This document shows, in pieces, positions 34,664 through 37,571 of a DNA stretch of 37,571 nucleotides (position 1 is its first letter; each line of letters starts with the position of its first letter). The notes below the pieces were generated by a model, which was given only the letters and a program-made list of their open reading frames with translations, had not been told where the DNA came from and did not search any database. The translations under genes were made by a program, and so were the position numbers. Origin of the DNA: a virus (taxonomy: Duplodnaviria > Caudoviricetes). The stretch covers positions 1-37,571 of the IMG/VR virus record IMGVR_UViG_3300008448_000264, one strand, 5' to 3'.

Positions 34664-35507
34664 TTAATTCACTCGTTTCGTTTCTGTTAATTTGAACTAA
34701 GTTTAATTTTTCAAATAATTCGGCAGTTCTTGCGACAGGATCTGATACACCATTACCAAAACTATAATCCATTGGTTTTGCATGATGATATTCATGATTT
34801 CCTTCGCCCCAATTAATGAATGCACCTGCGATTGGATCAAGCGACACAACTTGTTTTGGTGTTTCGTGACTATGACTTACTGCATTCGTCACACCCATTC
34901 CATGCAAACCTGCAACTACAGCTAATGCTGCACCAATACAAACTTCTAAGCCACCTAATATTCCCAAATTCACTTTTAAAAATTCTGATGTGATGAATAA
35001 ACCAAACCAAAATAATAATAAAGTAGGTATAGCACGATTATGATAATAAACAGCAATACGATTACGAAATAATCCTGCTGCAAATTTTACAGGAACATCT
35101 TCTTTTCGCCAATCCCATAAATGTAAATACGATCGCCAGAATCCTATACGATGCGGACTATGTGGATCTAATTCAGTATCAAGATGAGTGTGATGCATAC
35201 GATGTAATGCTGCCCACCCCAAAGGTGTACCTATTCCTGAATATATGGCAAATATATTACTTAAATGTTCCAAATATTTATTCTTAACTATAATAGATTT
35301 ATGTGATAGTGTTCTATGTGTATAACCTGATACAGCCCAAGCACCAAACCACCAGAATAATATAAATGTAAAGAATGTAGTTAATGTGGCATATTTAAAT
35401 GCAAGTAATGCTAATATATGTACAAAAATATAATAAGCAACACGAAAATATAAATTATTACGTGTTGAAAATTCTTCCCAATTAAAATTACTTATTGACT
35501 TTAACAT
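34656..35507 (-). CDS. Membrane fatty-acid desaturase (Delta-9/DesC-OLE1-like)
   Basis: His boxes HRTLSH, HRMHH (followed by DTELDPHSP) and GEGNHEYHH; TM helices. Confidence 0.92.
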   Translation of the reverse strand: MLKSISNFNWEEFSTRNNLYFRVAYYIFVHILALLAFKYATLTTFFTFILFWWFGAWAVSGYTHRTLSHKSIIVKNKYLEHLSNIFAIYSGIGTPLGWAALHRMHHTHLDTELDPHSPHRIGFWRSYLHLWDWRKEDVPVKFAAGLFRNRIAVYYHNRAIPTLLLFWFGLFITSEFLKVNLGILGGLEVCIGAALAVVAGLHGMGVTNAVSHSHETPKQVVSLDPIAGAFINWGEGNHEYHHAKPMDYSFGNGVSDPVARTAELFEKLNLVQINRNETSELNG

Positions 35508-36042
35508 ATGTGTTCCAATATTGTCCTTTACGAATCAATTTACTTGATTTTGATTGTTGATGATATTCTAAAGCACCTAATTTGATATTACTTTTTACAG
35601 TCTTATGAATATGTTTTTTATCAACATCTGGTAATTCTTTTTGTAATAAACGAAAAAGAACTAATTTCTTTATACCTTTAACTCTCTTAGAAGAATCTGC
35701 TTCATTAGCATTTATTAATTTAACAATTTTATCCCATATTACACCAGCAAAAGAAGAAGTCATTACTCTCTTATCTTCTGATCTTTTATATTTTTCAATA
35801 TCTATACCAATTTGTTCACAATAAACAAAGAAATTTTCTTTTAATTCATGGTTAAAACTTGCAACCATTCCTAAATCTCTTAAATTATAAAGGCACATAT
35901 ACATAGAGTCTTTATCAGTTTGTTTTAAATTAGAATTTTTTAATTTGTGTAAGCATTCTTCTAACTCATTTGGATTTAAATGTCTAAAATGAGATGAACG
36001 TTCATACCATCTAATTTGTTCTTTTTGCATTGCCTTTAGCAA
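35488..36042 (-). CDS. Hypothetical protein (possible C-terminal winged helix)
   Basis: ORF track. Confidence 0.65.
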   Translation of the reverse strand: MLKAMQKEQIRWYERSSHFRHLNPNELEECLHKLKNSNLKQTDKDSMYMCLYNLRDLGMVASFNHELKENFFVYCEQIGIDIEKYKRSEDKRVMTSSFAGVIWDKIVKLINANEADSSKRVKGIKKLVLFRLLQKELPDVDKKHIHKTVKSNIKLGALEYHQQSKSSKLIRKGQYWNTYVKVNK

Positions 36043-36221
36043 ACTTTTAATTTTTTCTTTTGTTTAACACGCTTTACATTACCATTTTGATCTTTATATA
36101 AATCAAAATGATCTTTTCCATCAAAATAGAAACCATCTAATTTCCATTTTTTAGATGCTTTTTTAGTTTTTGTTTTCATTTTATTAGTCTCTTTCGTCAT
36201 CTTTAAAAGGCATACTATCAA
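36036..36221 (-). CDS. Hypothetical basic protein (probable start MKTK near 36179)
   Basis: ORF track. Confidence 0.55.
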   Translation of the reverse strand: MIVCLLKMTKETNKMKTKTKKASKKWKLDGFYFDGKDHFDLYKDQNGNVKRVKQKKKLKVC

Positions 36222-36414
36222 CAGGATCTAAGTATGTCATTTTTTTTATAGTTCTTGTCAAATTTTCTATATCTTCATTCATACGATCAATTACATCTTT
36301 TAAATCATTTATTTGAAAAGATTGCTCTGCGATAAGTTTTTCTTGATGATCTATTTTCTTTTTATATTCTTCTATTAAAATTATGTTATTATTTACCATT
36401 TGTTTATTAGCCAA
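36184..36414 (-). CDS. Hypothetical coiled-coil protein
   Basis: Heptad pattern. Confidence 0.6.
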   Translation of the reverse strand: MANKQMVNNNIILIEEYKKKIDHQEKLIAEQSFQINDLKDVIDRMNEDIENLTRTIKKMTYLDPVDSMPFKDDERD

Positions 36415-36665
36415 TCTTTAATATTATCTACTTGTGGATTACCTTTCAACATAATAACATCTGTAAAGTCGCCATTAATTTGATCTATTTCAACAAAAGT
36501 AATATTTTTTTGTTTATTATATTTTATTTCTGCTTTAAATCTAAGTTTTAAAAACATATATTCTTTAACGAAATATATTTTAGTTTTATCATCTGCTCCA
36601 GCGAAAGCATCAGCATAATAATGTGTTTTTGTAAAATTATTAGCAATTTGTATTTGTTTAATCAT
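36393..36665 (-). CDS. Hypothetical protein
   Basis: ORF track. Confidence 0.6.
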   Translation of the reverse strand: MIKQIQIANNFTKTHYYADAFAGADDKTKIYFVKEYMFLKLRFKAEIKYNKQKNITFVEIDQINGDFTDVIMLKGNPQVDNIKDWLINKW

Positions 36666-36867
36666 TTATATGATTTTCTGTTGTAAATATATATCCCATT
36701 GTTTTAAAACTTTCACCTTTTTCTAATGCCCAAACTTCTTTTACCACTTGTTTTGCTAATTCTTCAGATCTAAAATATTCTTTTTCATCTAAGAATTTTA
36801 AGAAAGTATTTTTATTAAAAATAAAAGTTTTAGATTTTCTATTTTTAATAATAGTGATTTCTTTCAC
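36658..36867 (-). CDS. Hypothetical protein
   Basis: ORF track; GTGA-coupled to the upstream ORF. Confidence 0.6.
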   Translation of the reverse strand: MKEITIIKNRKSKTFIFNKNTFLKFLDEKEYFRSEELAKQVVKEVWALEKGESFKTMGYIFTTENHIND

Positions 36868-36989
36868 TTTTTTATTCTTTCTCTTAAATTATATTTTATT
36901 TCTTCTAAGTGGATTTCTATACGTCTTTGTACTTGTACATGAGAGTAAATCCCCCAAATTAGAACAATTAATAAAATTGCATTAAACAT
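36864..36989 (-). CDS. 41-aa membrane-anchored peptide
   Basis: MFNAILLIVLIWGIYSHVQVQRRIEIHLEEIKYNLRERIKK (manual translation). Confidence 0.55.
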   Translation of the reverse strand: MFNAILLIVLIWGIYSHVQVQRRIEIHLEEIKYNLRERIKK

Positions 36990-36990
36990 A

Positions 36991-37323
36991 TTAGTGACTA
37001 TGACTTATATTGTTTTCATCTACAAATGTTTCTAAATCATCTTTAATTTCTAAATAATTTATATCATTAAAGATATCATCAGCATCTTCGAATGCTTTAA
37101 TTCTATTTGTAAATTCAGTACTTACAGTATATGGACTTGCCATAGTTTCAAAAATACCATCTTCTGTATCCATTACATCGCAAATAGTTCCAGCCAAATA
37201 ATCTTGCCATACATTATTTACAACTTTTAAAAGTGTAATTCTGTGTGGCGAATATTTGTAGTCAGCTATACCAAATGTTGCATAAGGAATTGGTTCTCTA
37301 AGAGGAAACATATTATCTACCAC
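36991..37323 (-). CDS. Hypothetical acidic protein
   Basis: ORF track; C-terminal motif shared with the adjacent ORF. Confidence 0.65.
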   Translation of the reverse strand: MVDNMFPLREPIPYATFGIADYKYSPHRITLLKVVNNVWQDYLAGTICDVMDTEDGIFETMASPYTVSTEFTNRIKAFEDADDIFNDINYLEIKDDLETFVDENNISHSH

Positions 37324-37543
37324 CCTCTAATAATTTAATATTATTTTCATCTACATATAACATTAAATCATCAACAATTGTTTCATAATTTTCATCATCA
37401 AACGCAGCACCTTTTAAGTAATTTGATATTATTTCATCAAAACTTTCTCTCACATCGTGTGGGCTTGGTAATGATTTGCCATTTACTTTAATTTGATTAT
37501 TAACATACATATCGTAAGAAGATTTTGCTGTGTTCACTAACAT
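37313..37543 (-). CDS. Hypothetical acidic protein (may start beyond the right edge)
   Basis: ORF track. Confidence 0.6.
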   Translation of the reverse strand: MLVNTAKSSYDMYVNNQIKVNGKSLPSPHDVRESFDEIISNYLKGAAFDDENYETIVDDLMLYVDENNIKLLEGGR

Positions 37544-37571
37544 ATCTCTATACGATGATGGTCTATAATTT

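Noticed and set aside
1-37571. Stop-codon reassignment
   Set aside because: Core genes are full-length under code 11, with TAA, TAG and TGA all used as stops.

Overview
AT-rich (roughly 30% GC by eye) segment of a T4-like (Tevenvirus-supergroup) myovirus genome using the standard genetic code. Host clues point to a proteobacterium, possibly an Alphaproteobacterium such as SAR11 (inference from bS21, a zf-CHCC protein and low GC). Positions 1-12.3 kb hold a baseplate/tail/head-completion module (gp6, gp25, PAAR, gp5, gp27-like, gp53, gp48, then on the other strand gp4, gp2, gp54, gp16, gp26, gp51, gp29-like). Positions 12.3-24 kb hold a HAD phosphatase, gp32, a gp33-like protein, small early ORFs behind TTTAC(T/A)-N17-TATAAT promoters, tRNA-Thr, a SleB-type hydrolase, ribosomal protein bS21, a class-III aminotransferase, a PD-(D/E)XK exonuclease, a GH19 lysin and a DenV-like glycosylase. 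Positions 24-35.5 kb hold the most striking feature, a co-oriented block that looks like a biosynthetic cluster: fatty-acid desaturase, three cupin/2OG-Fe(II) oxygenases, zf-CHCC, FabF, a SpeD-family decarboxylase, an amidinotransferase and six tandem AspH/LpxO-like hydroxylase paralogues, plus tRNA-Arg. All family assignments come from motif recognition by eye; no searches were run.
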